Assembly (NCBI GenBank): GCA_951406725.2
Contig: OX597818.1
Location: forward strand, 85,064,001-85,128,000
Length of the DNA: 64,000 nt
Direction: 5' to 3'
From: Octopus vulgaris
Taxonomy: Eukaryota
Part shown: piece by piece, positions 25,473 through 40,462 of the stretch
Numbering within the stretch: position 1 is the stretch's first letter
How the letters are laid out: every line of letters starts with the position of its first letter
Position numbers and translations under genes: made by a program
The notes under the pieces: generated by a model
What the model saw: only the letters and a program-made list of their open reading frames with translations
Databases searched by the model: none
What the model was told of the DNA's origin: nothing

Positions 25473-26055
25473 TCTGTTGTATGACATTCATTGTTTTTGT
25501 CGTCCATTAGTGATTATTTAAGAAAAACATTATTATTATTATCATTATTATTATTATCATGATCATCATCATCATCATGATGATGATGATGATCATCATC
25601 ATCATTATTAAAGTATCAGTCAAGCAGTGGGTCGATGTAATCGACTAGCCCCCTCCCCCGAAATCGCAGGTCTGGTGCCTATAGTAGATAGGATGGTTCC
25701 CCCTTCTATGCCCCTGTGGCAAATAAGAGAAATCCTTATCATCATCATTATCATCATCATCATCATCATTATTGCAGTGTTTGTTTAAATATTTAGCAAT
25801 TGATCTATCGATTTTTGTTAAAAACAACAGCACTAGGTAGCAACAATAACAATAACAACAACAACAACAACAACAAAATACTAATAATAATTGATATTTA
25901 AAAAAAAAATTTGGCTGATTGATTCTGATTCAATTATATTCTATTGATTGATAATACTCACGGCTAGTAAAGATGATTATATTATTGTTTGTGCGCATGC
26001 ATGTCTACATATGAGTATATATGCTAGTATGCATACTTATATACATACACACACA

Positions 26056-26101
<46 letters not shown>

Positions 26102-26838
26102 AACACACGCACACAAACACGCCTATACATACATGATGTAAGAAATACAATTTAGCTGCAAGATTTGTTCTCAATTATTAAAATTTTAGTCGCTTTATAA
26201 ATGTGTATATATATGTATGTATGGTAAATCTTTCCCTGTCGCACTGTATGCTTGTGTGTATATGTGTGCATGCATGCATGCGCGCATGAGTGTGTGTATT
26301 TGTGTATGTGTGTGTTTGCATATAAATATGTGAGTGTGCGTTGCCTATGTATAAACGTTTCTTTTATTCACACGCCTATATGTTTAAATATATGTACATA
26401 CATGTTTGTGTGTGTGTTTATGTGTGTATTCATATATATTTACATATAAATATACTTACACACTCACACACACACACATGCCACGACGTTTATATGTATG
26501 CATGTATACACACACAGACACACACACACACATATATATATATTATATATATATCAAATGCTAACGCTATCTTTATGTCCATGTGGGTTGTGTGTATGAT
26601 TGTGTACGTGTGTGTGTGTGTACGAATGTGTGTGTGTGTACGTGTGTGTATGTGATTGCATGCATTCGGTTAACCATTGAGTAACTGACTGTGTGCAAGG
26701 ATACATTCACAGTGCACAAACAAAATGCTAAGATACACGAATAGAATGTAAACGTGAATGGATAAAGAGAGCTCGAAAGGCAGACAAGACCTGACACATA
26801 AGCCAGACAGAGAGAGCGAGAAAGAGAGACCGACAGAT

Positions 26839-26891
<53 letters not shown>

Positions 26892-27123
26892 CATACATAC
26901 ATACATACATACATACATACATACATACATACATACATACATACATACATACATACATGCATACATGCATAGGTGGTCAGGTAAATAGGAAAATAGGTAC
27001 GGTACAGTTGTAGAGCTAGCTGCTAACGTATAAACAGGTAACTAATATGCATCGAGTGACACAGAGACGAAGAAACACACACACACACACACACACCGCA
27101 TGCACAGATAGATGTATTTATAT

Positions 27124-27164
<41 letters not shown>

Positions 27165-27462
27165 AACAGACAGACAGGAAAATAGATGAATTGATGAAAT
27201 AGATGTATAGACGAATTGGTGAATGGATTTAGAGATAGATAGATAGATACACCGAATGTGTATATATATAGATATATATATATATATAGATACACCGAAT
27301 GTGTGTATATATATATATATAGATAGATAGATACACAGATTTCAAGACACGGACAGATAGACAAAAAAGAAACTAGACGTCTACAAATGTGTGCGCGCGT
27401 GTGCATTATATGTATGTATTTGTGCTTATGTGCGTATACAGACACGCACGCGCACGCACGCG

Positions 27463-27512
<50 letters not shown>

Positions 27513-27628
27513 ACATTCAGAAGGTCCTGCTTTGTATTTTCATGGAGGTAGCCGATATTTTTTTTTTATCATGTTCAGCTTGTTACTATTGCTTCACAAC
27601 CACCACCACCACCACCACCACCACCACC

Positions 27629-27679
<51 letters not shown>

Positions 27680-27775
27680 GCTACTACTATCGCCGTTAAT
27701 ACAACTTCCTTCTCTATCCTCCGGGAGTTTCTTCTTCGGCTGAAGAGGGTTAAAGTAGGTGCGTGCGCGTACCAA

Positions 27776-27806
<31 letters not shown>

Positions 27807-27992
27807 CCACCTTCCCCCTGTCATCATCAACACCATCATTTACACCACTACCACCACCACCACCACCACCACCTACAGCTGTATTGCTTCTGTTGAATTT
27901 TTTGTTGGAAACAAATCTCTGCAACTATGGATTAATCTTTATATACAATTGTGGGTGTGTATGTGTGTGTGTTTGTGTGTGTAATATGTATG

Positions 27993-28024
<32 letters not shown>

Positions 28025-28155
28025 TGCATATATATATATATATACATACACACATGCATATATATATATATACATCAAATGTATGCATACACACACACAC
28101 ACACACACATTCATACACGTATATATATCGCTTTCATCCACTCTACAGCATAATA

Positions 28156-28189
<34 letters not shown>

Positions 28190-28422
28190 CGTGTTCAGTG
28201 AAGGAAAGGAGGCGGGTGTGATTACATTTGTTTATTAGTGTGTAAGTGCGTGTTTGTGTAGAAAGATATACGATTCTGAGTGTGTGTGTGTGTACATGCA
28301 GATATGTTCGTGTTTATACTTATACGTGTGTATGTGATATATATATATATACATACATACACAAACACACACATAAACCTGCTCTATCGTGCAGCTTCTG
28401 TTTATACCTCGCTCAGAGATTT

Positions 28423-28474
<52 letters not shown>

Positions 28475-29349
28475 TCCGTATAACGTTTGAGTGTATAATT
28501 GTTAATTGTATGTATTATGTATGTATGTATGTATGTAGTGTTTACTTATTCTTGTTTAGCCCCAGGTCGACCACGGTGGAGCAGATTTTATAATCAAACG
28601 CTTTTCGACCCTGACCTTGTAGAATTTTTAAGCTATAGGGTGTTATTTAAGGGCGATTCGGCTGCTATTTCTAATAGACTGTGCAAACCTTGTAGATGTT
28701 CCCTTCGTTGTGTTCGGCCCTAAACCAGCCCTAACAGAGGAGACCTGTAGTGAAAGATAATCGAAGCATTGCAAATGCTCTCTTTGTAGTGATAAGCTCC
28801 TACCTTTGACTCGTTGTGTGACATTCCAACCGTAACCATCCCGCTTTTTTAGTTATCTGTGTGAGACTACATGGTATCTAATGTGTCATTCGCTCTTTGT
28901 TAAGACAGTAAGTTTAAGCTGGTATTTCTATCTATCTGAGAGTTCCTATAGGACTCTTCGTTGCTTATAGTATATATATGTGTGTGCGTATAGTGTGTGT
29001 GTGCGTGTGAATGGATATAATCATTACGTGAATGCGGGCATCTACGGACGCGCGCGCCTGGTGTGTGCTTATATGTTTTGGTAGAAGAGGCACAGAAAAG
29101 AAAGATCCAACGATGTATGCATGTGTGTGTATGTGTGTGTGTGTGTGTGCGTGCGTGCGCGCGCGCATGTGTGTTCTTAACTACACCTTCCAGTGTGTCT
29201 AGCTGCACATGCTCAACTAAGAACCGTTTATACAGTGGCTCACCATGCTAGACATAGCAGCCAAGGCTATTAAACCCTATCGTTTTACAAAAATAAGAGG
29301 TGGGAAGGGGTAATAAAACATGAGATAGTGTAATATCAAATACAATGTA

Positions 29350-29562
29350 AGGCAGCGAGCTGGCAGAAACATTAGCACGCCGGGCGAAATGCTTAGCAGT
29401 ATTTCGTCTGTCCTTACGTTCTGAGTTCAAATTCCGCCGAGGTCGATTTTGCCTTTCATCCTTTCAGGGTCGATAAATTAAGTACCAGTTGCGTACTGGG
29501 ATCAAGCCAATCGACTGGCCCCTTCCCTCAAAATTTCGGGCTTTGTGCCTAGCGAAGATAAG
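29350..29562 (+). mobile_element. full-length SINE family A with 18-bp target-site duplication, nested in a family C repeat
   Basis: TSD AATATCAAATACAATGTA (29332-29349) / AATATCAGATACAATATA (29563-29580). Confidence 0.88.
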
Positions 29563-29748
29563 AATATCAGATACAATATATCTGAAGGAAAAATGTCGAG
29601 TTAGTCAGAAATAGGATTCTTGTGACTGGATGGGATTCTTCTGATTATAGGTGTGACCTAGGGCTAAAAAAAAAAAGCATACCTCGATTACCCGTGTATA
29701 TGCATGTTTGTATGTATGCGTGTGTGTATACATACATGCGATTACTTC

Positions 29749-29800
<52 letters not shown>

Positions 29801-30106
29801 AGTGTGTGTGAAATCCTCTACTAAGCTATTTATATACGTGTGGTTGTTAGTCTTGGTTGTTTAGCTCCATGTCCGGCCTAATCGGACAAAAGCATTCCGC
29901 CCGTGGCCACCTCATCTCTTATTTCAAGACAAGGAACCGAGAATTACAATGCCCATAATGACCTTTTTTTAAAAAAACGGGTGGGTATGATTTGAGGCGG
30001 GGAAATAGGGTGTTATTTCTAGCACGACGAACTATTTACGAAGACGTTCCCTCGTTGACTCCTGGTTATATCAGAGTATTATAATATATAACAGAGATAT
30101 ATATAT

Positions 30107-30164
<58 letters not shown>

Positions 30165-30379
30165 TACACATACCTACATGTATATTACTATTATTATTAT
30201 TAATACTATTATTAATCAGTAAAAAGTACCGAGTGACTCAAAGGCCGGGAGTTTCGAACATTGGCACTTGTGTGTGTGTGTGTGTGTGTGTGTGCGTGCG
30301 CGCGCGTTTGTGCGTGTGTTTGCATAATCCATGATGGGGAATATTAGCAGTTTCTATTCATGCCTTTGTCTCACTACCA

Positions 30380-30430
<51 letters not shown>

Positions 30431-30974
30431 TCTCTCTCTCTTTCTCTCTACCTACCTACCTATCTGTCTGCGTGTATGTGTCTGTTTGTATGTGTGTGAT
30501 CGTGCGCGCATCTTGTAAGCTGTGTGTGAATGCGTATGCGCAAATGCATGCATCTTCTGAGCTTTGTGTTTTCGTCAGCTGCAGAAAAAAGGGGGAAAGG
30601 GACGAGTCCTGTTCATGTACGTGTGTGTGTGTGTGTTTAACCGCGCATGTATTTTTAGCAGAAACGGTTGAGCGTCGGACGAATCTGACGAAATGTTATG
30701 TGAGATAAATAACATATACGCCTCTATGTCTTCTGAGTTCAAATCCCGCCGTTATTGATTTTTGCCTATCGCTCCTCCGAGGGTCGATTTAATAAGCACT
30801 AGTGAAGCTATGGATTATATTTTATTGACTCTTTGTTCCATCTCTCTTCCAAAATCTAAAACAATGGACCAGTGGTTGAATAGCTAGAACGCCGGACATA
30901 CCTTCTATGTGCCATCTAGTTATGTCCCTTTGTCATTCTAGGTTCAAATCTCGCCGGTTACGTCTTTATCTTTC

Positions 30975-31330
30975 AGTCACTGGATTGCGGCCTTTCCAGG
31001 GCACTGCCTTGGAAGCTGTATATCGAAAATAATCAAACCCAGTATTTTTTTTTTTTTTTTTTAGATTTAGGCCAGGTACTTATTCTATATGTCTCTCTTT
31101 ATCGAACCACTGCGCTTGTGGGGCGTAAACAAGCCACTGACCGTTGTTTAGCGGTGGTAGGAGACAAACACAAAGACACACATACATACACATACACATA
31201 CATACATACATACATACATACGCACAACTACACACACACACATACACATATATATATATATATAGCGGGCTTCTTTCAGTTTCCGTCTACCAAATTTAGT
31301 AACAAGGTTTTGGTCGGTCTGGGGCTAAAG
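30975..31330 (-). mobile_element. SINE family B
   Basis: CAGTCACTGGATTGCGGCC..GGTACTTATTCTAT..GGGCTTCTTTCAGTTTCCGTCTACCAAAT. Confidence 0.75.
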
Positions 31331-31445
31331 TAAAATTCTATTCGAGTATTGGAGTCAATCAACTGTATGCCCTCAGCTAAATGAAATTAAAATATAACAT
31401 GTTCGGTAGAGCACCAAAAAAAAAAATTGCTTGCAGTGTTCAACT

Positions 31446-31518
<73 letters not shown>

Positions 31519-32124
31519 CTTCTCAATTTCATTCGTTGCGAGATTTCCAATCACCGAGGACGTGATAAAATAAATATAAATCAAATATCGGTTCGATATA
31601 TTCGGCATTAGCGACTGTCACCGCCCTTATAATGTGTGGCGTTGTGTCTACATTAAAGGTAATTGCTATTCTTACTGTCGGCAGGTTTGCATTACCGAAG
31701 ACTGCGTTCATGGTTTTACTTGCTGTATGTAATTGCTGTTAAAGGTTGTAAGAGGTGCCACCGGCTCAGCCGACGTTCATAGCCAGTATTTAGCCTATAT
31801 TTAGGTTCTGTCAGTAGAGAGGGGGTTAACTAGCACATCGGCTCGGGGCCCGTAGAGGAGGAACCAGTGACTATCTCCTGGACACTTTTCTAAGATACAA
31901 GAAAAAAAAAAAAAGCTCAGCTTTTCTGAATTTTGATAACCCCTATTTCGCTCCTCCACCACCATCACTACCATCCTGGGACGCGAAATTAATTATATCC
32001 TGCCTTGTCGAATTTCTCTCGGACGTCCTGCACACGTTACATGTGTATTGGTGCGTGCATGTATTGAGTTCAAAATGTGTCTGTGTGTGTGTGTGTGCAT
32101 ATGTGTGCGTGGTGTGATGTGGTG

Positions 32125-32159
<35 letters not shown>

Positions 32160-32270
32160 CCTAGAATAGACAAAGGTACAGTCAAAATATTAAAAATTTC
32201 TCTGCACAATACTGAGGTTTGGAGATCAATACTGCTACCTGGCACCTTGGGAGAAATGTGTATGTATGTA

Positions 32271-32301
<31 letters not shown>

Positions 32302-32736
32302 ATGTATGGTTGTGTGTATGTGAGTGGTGGTGGGGTGTTCCCTAACTTGGGGTCAGACATGGTTAAAATGATTAAGAAGTTCTTTTCATAATCCTTAAGT
32401 TCAAGGATCGGTACCACTTCCTGGCACCTTGGGATAAGTGTCTTCAACCAAAGCCTCGAGCTGTCTCAAGTCTTGGGAATAAAATCAAGTGGACAGACTC
32501 TTAAAGACGGTCATCAATTGGACTGTATCTGTAATTCAAAGAACCAACTTTAACATGACCATCGCACTGATTCTGACTGACGATTGACTGTGGAATATCG
32601 AGCCACTTGCACTAAAACTCAATGAATAAACACTTCAGTAGATCGAATAACTGTATCTTTAATCGTCGAAAACGACGAATACCCATTTAATTTTTGCTTC
32701 TTGTACATGTATTTGGATGTGTATATGAAGTGAATG

Positions 32737-32970
32737 TGCGTGTAGCCAAGTGGTTAGAGTATTACACTCACATTCGTGATATCGTAGTTTCGAATCCTGA
32801 ACTGGACCGATCGGCGCTTTCTTCTTTATTCCATGTTGCTCCAATACACTAAACTGCACATTAGTAACCCTGTGATGGACTTGCATTCCATTCAAAGGAA
32901 AAGTTGTGATCTTGGTCACTTATACGCTTGATAAAACAGGAAACCTGTTCCTTCCTATGACTCGAAACAA
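32737..32970 (+). mobile_element. tRNA-derived SINE with V-domain-like central motif
   Basis: GCGTGTAGCCAAGTGGTTAGAG head, GTTTCGAATCC B-box, AACCCTGTGATGGACTTGCATTCCATTCAAAGG. Confidence 0.55.
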
Positions 32971-33195
32971 TAGCGACTTACTCTGTAAATATGAAGACCG
33001 GATTAAGGCCCGATGGTACCCTAAGCACAGTTAAGCAATTGTTCCCTAATAATCCTTCTACGGTTACCTACCTGATAATACATTATTACATAATAATGGT
33101 TCAAAGTAAAATATTGAGATTAACAATTCGGACTTTGCTTCCAGACCGGTCTCCTTTCAGGTATGTTTAAAATTTGGTACGCGGTGAAGTAGCTA

Positions 33196-34135
33196 GGCGC
33201 AGGCATGGTTGTGTGGTTAAGTAGCTTACTCTGCAACCTCGTGGTTTTGGGTTCAGTCCCACGGTACTTCACTTGGGGTTGGTGTCTTCTACTTTAGCAC
33301 CGGGTTGACCAATATCTCCTGAATGAATTTCATAAACAGGAACTGGGTGAAAGCCCATCGTATACATATGTGTGTGTGTGTGTGTGTGAATTTGCCTCCG
33401 TAACTTAGCGGTTCGGCCAAAGAACACGACAGAATGAGTGCCAGGCTTTTAAAAGATACATTCAACGAAACACTTCAAGGCAGCAGCCCAGCATGCCCGC
33501 AGTCCAGTGACTTGAAATAAATAATAGAAAATATAAACACACACACACGGGGTGGGGGGGACGGATTCAGGTAATCCAGGCTAGTATCTCAGCACTGCAT
33601 GCGAAATCCAGGCAAACAGAATGTATAGGAAGGCACACTAGAATTGATATTCGAAAACGACGTTCCATACAAACCGTGTAAATACATGGCAATGCACCGA
33701 TTATGATGAGGCAGGCTAATGCATCCTATCGCGGAGTATAAACATAAACAAAGGAACGACGGTGATAGTATTGTATGCATTAAACGGTTTCGGTAGTTGA
33801 TTAATTAGTAGAATACGGTCATCTGCATCCCAGCCATGTGATTCCGGATTTAGTCCTGCTACCTGGCATATTGGGTGAGTGACTTCTACAATAGCCTCCA
33901 GCCGAACAAAGACTTGTGAGTGAATTTGGTAGACGGAAACTGTGCGGAAACTCGTCATGTGTATCTGTTTGGTGGGGGTGTACACCCGCTATTGCGTTAC
34001 AGTTGGTGTTGGTTTACCAATAGAATAAGTACCAGACTTTAAAAAAAATGTGTTGGGGGTCCACCTGTTCGACTAAACCCTTCAACGCGGTGCCTTGGTA
34101 TGGCCGCATTTCAGTGACTGAAACAAGTTAAAAGG
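33196..34135 (+). mobile_element. two SINE family B copies (33196-33525, 33830-34135)
   Basis: Family B head and tail motifs. Confidence 0.75.
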
Positions 34136-34159
34136 ACATACATACATTACTTTGAGGGA

Positions 34160-34535
34160 GGGGCCTAACTGGTACTTAAACTTATTTCATTGACCCCGAA
34201 GGCACAAAAGACAAAGTCGACATCGGCAGGATTTGAACTCATAACATAAGAATCGTTAGGCCCGGCGTGCTAACAATTCTGCTATCTCGCCGCCTTTTAC
34301 ATACACGCGCACAAACATATATATATTCAAATTTTGACACAAGGCCAGCAACTTTCGGGAAGGGATAAATCGATTGCATAGACTCCAGTGCTAAACTGGT
34401 ACTTACTTATCGATCCCGAAAGGGATGAAAAGTAAAGTCGACTTCGGTGGTATTTGAACTCAGAGTATAAAGACTGATGAAATATTGCTAAGCATTTTGC
34501 TTTACGTACTAACGATTTTGCCAACTCACCACTTC
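34160..34535 (-). mobile_element. two SINE family A copies
   Basis: ACTGGTACTT..GACCCCGAAGG..AAAGTCGAC..ATTTGAACTCA occurs twice. Confidence 0.75.
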
Positions 34536-35444
34536 TCGTATCTCTCTTTCTTTTTATTAATGTTTGTTTTTATGCCAAGTTATATATATGAACAATTTAT
34601 CTTCGAAGCCGCAATCAACTTTTTCCTTGTAGAAGTGTAACAAACATGAACTCTACTAAAAAATATATATACACACGCCCGCGTGTGCGCACGCACACAC
34701 GTACACATGCAAACATGTATGTATGTAACTATTTCGGGTTTGGCTCTGAACGTGATTATAAATGAAATCCAAGATAATTAGTATTGTCTACTCCGGCATA
34801 TAATTGGTATACAAGTAAAATTATTAAAAATTATCTAATCTGAATATTTGAGAATGGATAGTTCCAACGTTTTGGGTACGTTTTTCTTTTTCTTTTCTAA
34901 TCTTGTTTATAGAAGAGTAAACTGGAATAATCAATATAAGGAAAATTATAACTAATGAAAGCAAGGAAAGAAAAAAAGGTACATTGCCAACACGTTTTAT
35001 GCATAAAACAAAAAAAAATAAGCTGATACAATTTATTATGTCGTACCATAGCGGTGAGCTGGCAGAATCGTTAGCGCGCCGGAGAAAAATCCTTTGAGGC
35101 ATTTTCTTCCAGCTTACCGCTCTGGGTTAAAAGTTGATTTTTGCCTTTCATCCCCTCCGGGATCGATAGAATAAGTACCAATTGAGCTCTGGAAGTCGAT
35201 GCAATCGACTCGCTCCTCTCTACAAAATTCCAGGCTTTGTGGCTACAGCAGAAAGAAACAAGAGACAAATACGCATCATCGCGGCAAATTGGCAGAGTCG
35301 TTAGAGCTTCTGAGAGAATGCTTTGCGATATCTGTCCATACGCTCTGGGTTCAAATCCTATTGAGGCTGACATTACCTTTTATCTTTTCGGAGTTGATAA
35401 AAAAAAAATATGTAATAAATCGAGGCGGTGAACTGACGATTTTG

Positions 35445-35544
35445 NNNNNNNNNNNNNNNNNNNNNNNNNNNNNNNNNNNNNNNNNNNNNNNNNNNNNNNN
35501 NNNNNNNNNNNNNNNNNNNNNNNNNNNNNNNNNNNNNNNNNNNN
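35445..35544. other. assembly gap (100 N)
   Basis: Run of exactly 100 N. Confidence 0.99.
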
Positions 35545-35630
35545 CTACAAATGTGTGCGCGCGTGTGCATTATATGTATGTATTTGTGCTTATGTGCGTA
35601 TACAGACACGCACGCGCACGCACGCGCACG

Positions 35631-35682
<52 letters not shown>

Positions 35683-35798
35683 ACATTCAGAAGGTCCTGC
35701 TTTGTATTTTCATGGAGGTAGCCGATATTTTTTTTTTATCATGTTCAGCTTGTTACTATTGCTTCACAACCACCACCACCACCACCACCACCACCACC

Positions 35799-35849
<51 letters not shown>

Positions 35850-35942
35850 GCTACTACTATCGCCGTTAATACAACTTCCTTCTCTATCCTCCGGGAGTTT
35901 CTTCTTCGGCTGAAGAGGGTTAAAGTAGGTGCGTGCGCGTAC

Positions 35943-35975
<33 letters not shown>

Positions 35976-36584
35976 CCACCTTCCCCCTGTCATCATCAAC
36001 ACCATCATTTACACCACTACCACCACCACCACCACCACCACCTACAGCTGTATTGCTTCTGTTGAATTTTTTGTTGGAAACAAATCTCTGCAACTATGGA
36101 TTAATCTTTATATACAATTGTGGGTGTGTATGTGTGTGTGTTTGTGTGTGTAATATGTATGTATATATATATATATATATATACACACACATGCATATAT
36201 ATATATATATACATACACACATGCATATATATATATATACATCAAATGTATGCATACACACACACACACACACATTCATACACGTATATATATCGCTTTC
36301 ATCCACTCTACAGCATAATATCTGTGTGTGTGTGTGTGTGTGTGTGTGTAACGTGTTCAGTGAAGGAAAGGAGGCGGGTGTGATTACATTTGTTTATTAG
36401 TGTGTAAGTGCGTGTTTGTGTAGAAAGATATACGATTCTGAGTGTGTGTGTGTGTACATGCAGATATGTTCGTGTTTATACTTATACGTGTGTATGTGAT
36501 ATATATATATATACATACATACACAAACACACACATAAACCTGCTCTATCGTGCAGCTTCTGTTTATACCTCGCTCAGAGATTT

Positions 36585-36636
<52 letters not shown>

Positions 36637-37907
36637 TCCGTATAACGTTTGAGTGTATAATTGTTAATTGTATGTATTATGTATGTATGTATGTATGTAG
36701 TGTTTACTTATTCTTGTTTAGCCCCAGGTCGACCACGGTGGAGCAGATTTTATAATCAAACGCTTTTCGACCCTGACCTTGTAGAATTTTTAAGCTATAG
36801 GGTGTTATTTAAGGGCGATTCGGCTGCTATTTCTAATAGACTGTGCAAACCTTGTAGATGTTCCCTTCGTTGTGTTCGGCCCTAAACCAGCCCTAACAGA
36901 GGAGACCTGTAGTGAAAGATAATCGAAGCATTGCAAATGCTCTCTTTGTAGTGATAAGCTCCTACCTTTGACTCGTTGTGTGACATTCCAACCGTAACCA
37001 TCCCGCTTTTTTAGTTATCTGTGTGAGACTACATGGTATCTAATGTGTCATTCGCTCTTTGTTAAGACAGTAAGTTTAAGCTGGTATTTCTATCTATCTG
37101 AGAGTTCCTATAGGACTCTTCGTTGCTTATAGTATATATATGTGTGTGCGTATAGTGTGTGTGTGCGTGTGAATGGATATAATCATTACGTGAATGCGGG
37201 CATCTACGGACGCGCGCGCCTGGTGTGTGCTTATATGTTTTGGTAGAAGAGGCACAGAAAAGAAAGATCCAACGATGTATGCATGTGTGTGTATGTGTGT
37301 GTGTGTGTGTGCGTGCGTGCGCGCGCGCATGTGTGTTCTTAACTACACCTTCCAGTGTGTCTAGCTGCACATGCTCAACTAAGAACCGTTTATACAGTGG
37401 CTCACCATGCTAGACATAGCAGCCAAGGCTATTAAACCCTATCGTTTTACAAAAATAAGAGGTGGGAAGGGGTAATAAAACATGAGATAGTGTAATATCA
37501 AATACAATGTAAGGCAGCGAGCTGGCAGAAACATTAGCACGCCGGGCGAAATGCTTAGCAGTATTTCGTCTGTCCTTACGTTCTGAGTTCAAATTCCGCC
37601 GAGGTCGATTTTGCCTTTCATCCTTTCAGGGTCGATAAATTAAGTACCAGTTGCGTACTGGGATCAAGCCAATCGACTGGCCCCTTCCCTCAAAATTTCG
37701 GGCTTTGTGCCTAGCGAAGATAAGAATATCAGATACAATATATCTGAAGGAAAAATGTCGAGTTAGTCAGAAATAGGATTCTTGTGACTGGATGGGATTC
37801 TTCTGATTATAGGTGTGACCTAGGGCTAAAAAAAAGCATACCTCGATTACCCGTGTATATGCATGTTTGTATGTATGCGTGTGTGTATACATACATGCGA
37901 TTACTTC

Positions 37908-37957
<50 letters not shown>

Positions 37958-38267
37958 AGTGTGTGTGAAATCCTCTACTAAGCTATTTATATACGTGTGG
38001 TTGTTAGTCTTGGTTGTTTAGCTCCATGTCCGGCCTAATCGGACAAAAGCATTCCGCCCGTGGCCACCTCATCTCTTATTTCAAGACAAGGAACCGAGAA
38101 TTACAATGCCCATAATGACCTTTTTTTAAAAAAACGGGTGGGTATGATTTGAGGCGGGGAAATAGGGTGTTATTTCTAGCACGACGAACTATTTACGAAG
38201 ACGTTCCCTCGTTGACTCCTGGTTATATCAGAGTATTATAATATATAACAGAGATATATATATAATA

Positions 38268-38322
<55 letters not shown>

Positions 38323-39606
38323 TACACATACCTACATGTATATTACTATTATTATTATTAATACTATTATTAATCAGTAAAAAGTACCGAGTGACTCAAA
38401 GGCCGGGAGTTTCGAACATTGGCACTTGTGTGTGTGTGTGCGTGTGTGTGTGCGTGCGCGCGCGTTTGTGCGTGTGTTTGCATAATCCATGATGGGGAAT
38501 ATTAGCAGTTTCTATTCATGCCTTTGTCTCACTACCATTTTTCTCTCTCTTTTCTCTCTCTCTCTCTCTCTCTCTCTTTTCTCTCTCTCTCTCTTCTCTC
38601 TCTCTTTCTCTCTACCTACCTACCTATCTGTCTGCGTGTATGTGTCTGTTTGTATGTGTGTGATCGTGCGCGCATCTTGTAAGCTGTGTGTGAATGCGTA
38701 TGCGCAAATGCATGCATCTTCTGAGCTTTGTGTTTTCGTCAGCTGCAGAAAAAAGGGGGAAAGGGACGAGTCCTGTTCATGTACGTGTGTGTGTGTGTGT
38801 TTAACCGCGCATGTATTTTTAGCAGAAACGGTTGAGCGTCGGACGAATCTGACGAAATGTTATGTGAGATAAATAACATATACGCCTCTATGTCTTCTGA
38901 GTTCAAATCCCGCCGTTATTGATTTTTGCCTATCGCTCCTCCGAGGGTCGATTTAATAAGCACTAGTGAAGCTATGGATTATATTTTATTGACTCTTTGT
39001 TCCATCTCTCTTCCAAAATCTAAAACAATGGACCAGTGGTTGAATAGCTAGAACGCCGGACATACCTTCTATGTGCCATCTAGTTATGTCCCTTTGTCAT
39101 TCTAGGTTCAAATCTCGCCGGTTACGTCTTTATCTTTCAGTCACTGGATTGCGGCCTTTCCAGGGCACTGCCTTGGAAGCTGTATATCGAAAATAATCAA
39201 ACCCAGTATTTTTTTTTTTTTTTTAGATTTAGGCCAGGTACTTATTCTATATGTCTCTCTTTATCGAACCACTGCGCTTGTGGGGCGTAAACAAGCCACT
39301 GACCGTTGTTTAGCGGTGGTAGGAGACAAACACAAAGACACACATACATACACATACACATACATACATACATACATACATACGCACAACTACACACACA
39401 CACATACACATATATATATATATATAGCGGGCTTCTTTCAGTTTCCGTCTACCAAATTTAGTAACAAGGTTTTGGTCGGTCTGGGGCTAAAGTAAAATTC
39501 TATTCGAGTATTGGAGTCAATCAACTGTATGCCCTCAGCTAAATGAAATTAAAATATAACATGTTCGGTAGAGCACCAAAAAAAAAATTGCTTGCAGTGT
39601 TCAACT

Positions 39607-39683
<77 letters not shown>

Positions 39684-40287
39684 CTTCTCAATTTCATTCG
39701 TTGCGAGATTTCCAATCACCGAGGACGTGATAAAATAAATATAAATCAAATATCGGTTCGATATATTCGGCATTAGCGACTGTCACCGCCCTTATAATGT
39801 GTGGCGTTGTGTCTACATTAAAGGTAATTGCTATTCTTACTGTCGGCAGGTTTGCATTACCGAAGACTGCGTTCATGGTTTTACTTGCTGTATGTAATTG
39901 CTGTTAAAGGTTGTAAGAGGTGCCACCGGCTCAGCCGACGTTCATAGCCAGTATTTAGCCTATATTTAGGTTCTGTCAGTAGAGAGGGGGTTAACTAGCA
40001 CATCGGCTCGGGGCCCGTAGAGGAGGAACCAGTGACTATCTCCTGGACACTTTTCTAAGATACAAGAAAAAAAAAAAGCTCAGCTTTTCTGAATTTTGAT
40101 AACCCCTATTTCGCTCCTCCACCACCATCACTACCATCCTGGGACGCGAAATTAATTATATCCTGCCTTGTCGAATTTCTCTCGGACGTCCTGCACACGT
40201 TACATGTGTATTGGTGCGTGCATGTATTGAGTTCAAAATGTGTCTGTGTGTGTGTGTGTGCATATGTGTGCGTGGTGTGATGTGGTG

Positions 40288-40320
<33 letters not shown>

Positions 40321-40431
40321 CCTAGAATAGACAAAGGTACAGTCAAAATATTAAAAATTTCTCTGCACAATACTGAGGTTTGGAGATCAATACTGCTACC
40401 TGGCACCTTGGGAGAAATGTGTATGTATGTA

Positions 40432-40462
<31 letters not shown>

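Larger units (their letters stand above)
27381..35444 (+). repeat. copy 1 of 8.06-kb exact duplication (probable unmerged contig overlap)
   Basis: Identical to 35545-43606 apart from homopolymer/microsatellite differences; ends exactly at the gap. Confidence 0.95.

Noticed and set aside
27389-28153. 254-aa ORF, and the 288-aa ORF 35199-36065
   Set aside because: Microsatellite-derived; the second also reads through the N gap.
29350-29440. tRNA gene calls for A-/B-box-containing heads
   Set aside because: They are SINE heads that continue into SINE bodies; no full cloverleaf.
31685-31732. VCITEDCVHG peptide after a CAG, reminiscent of the neprilysin VCLTxxCV motif
   Set aside because: Too short, followed by an in-frame stop, and no supporting neighbouring exons.
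33150-33170. Splice-donor-like CAGGTATGT (also CAGGTAAGA near 4157)
   Set aside because: Expected by chance; no convincing upstream acceptor or coding frame.
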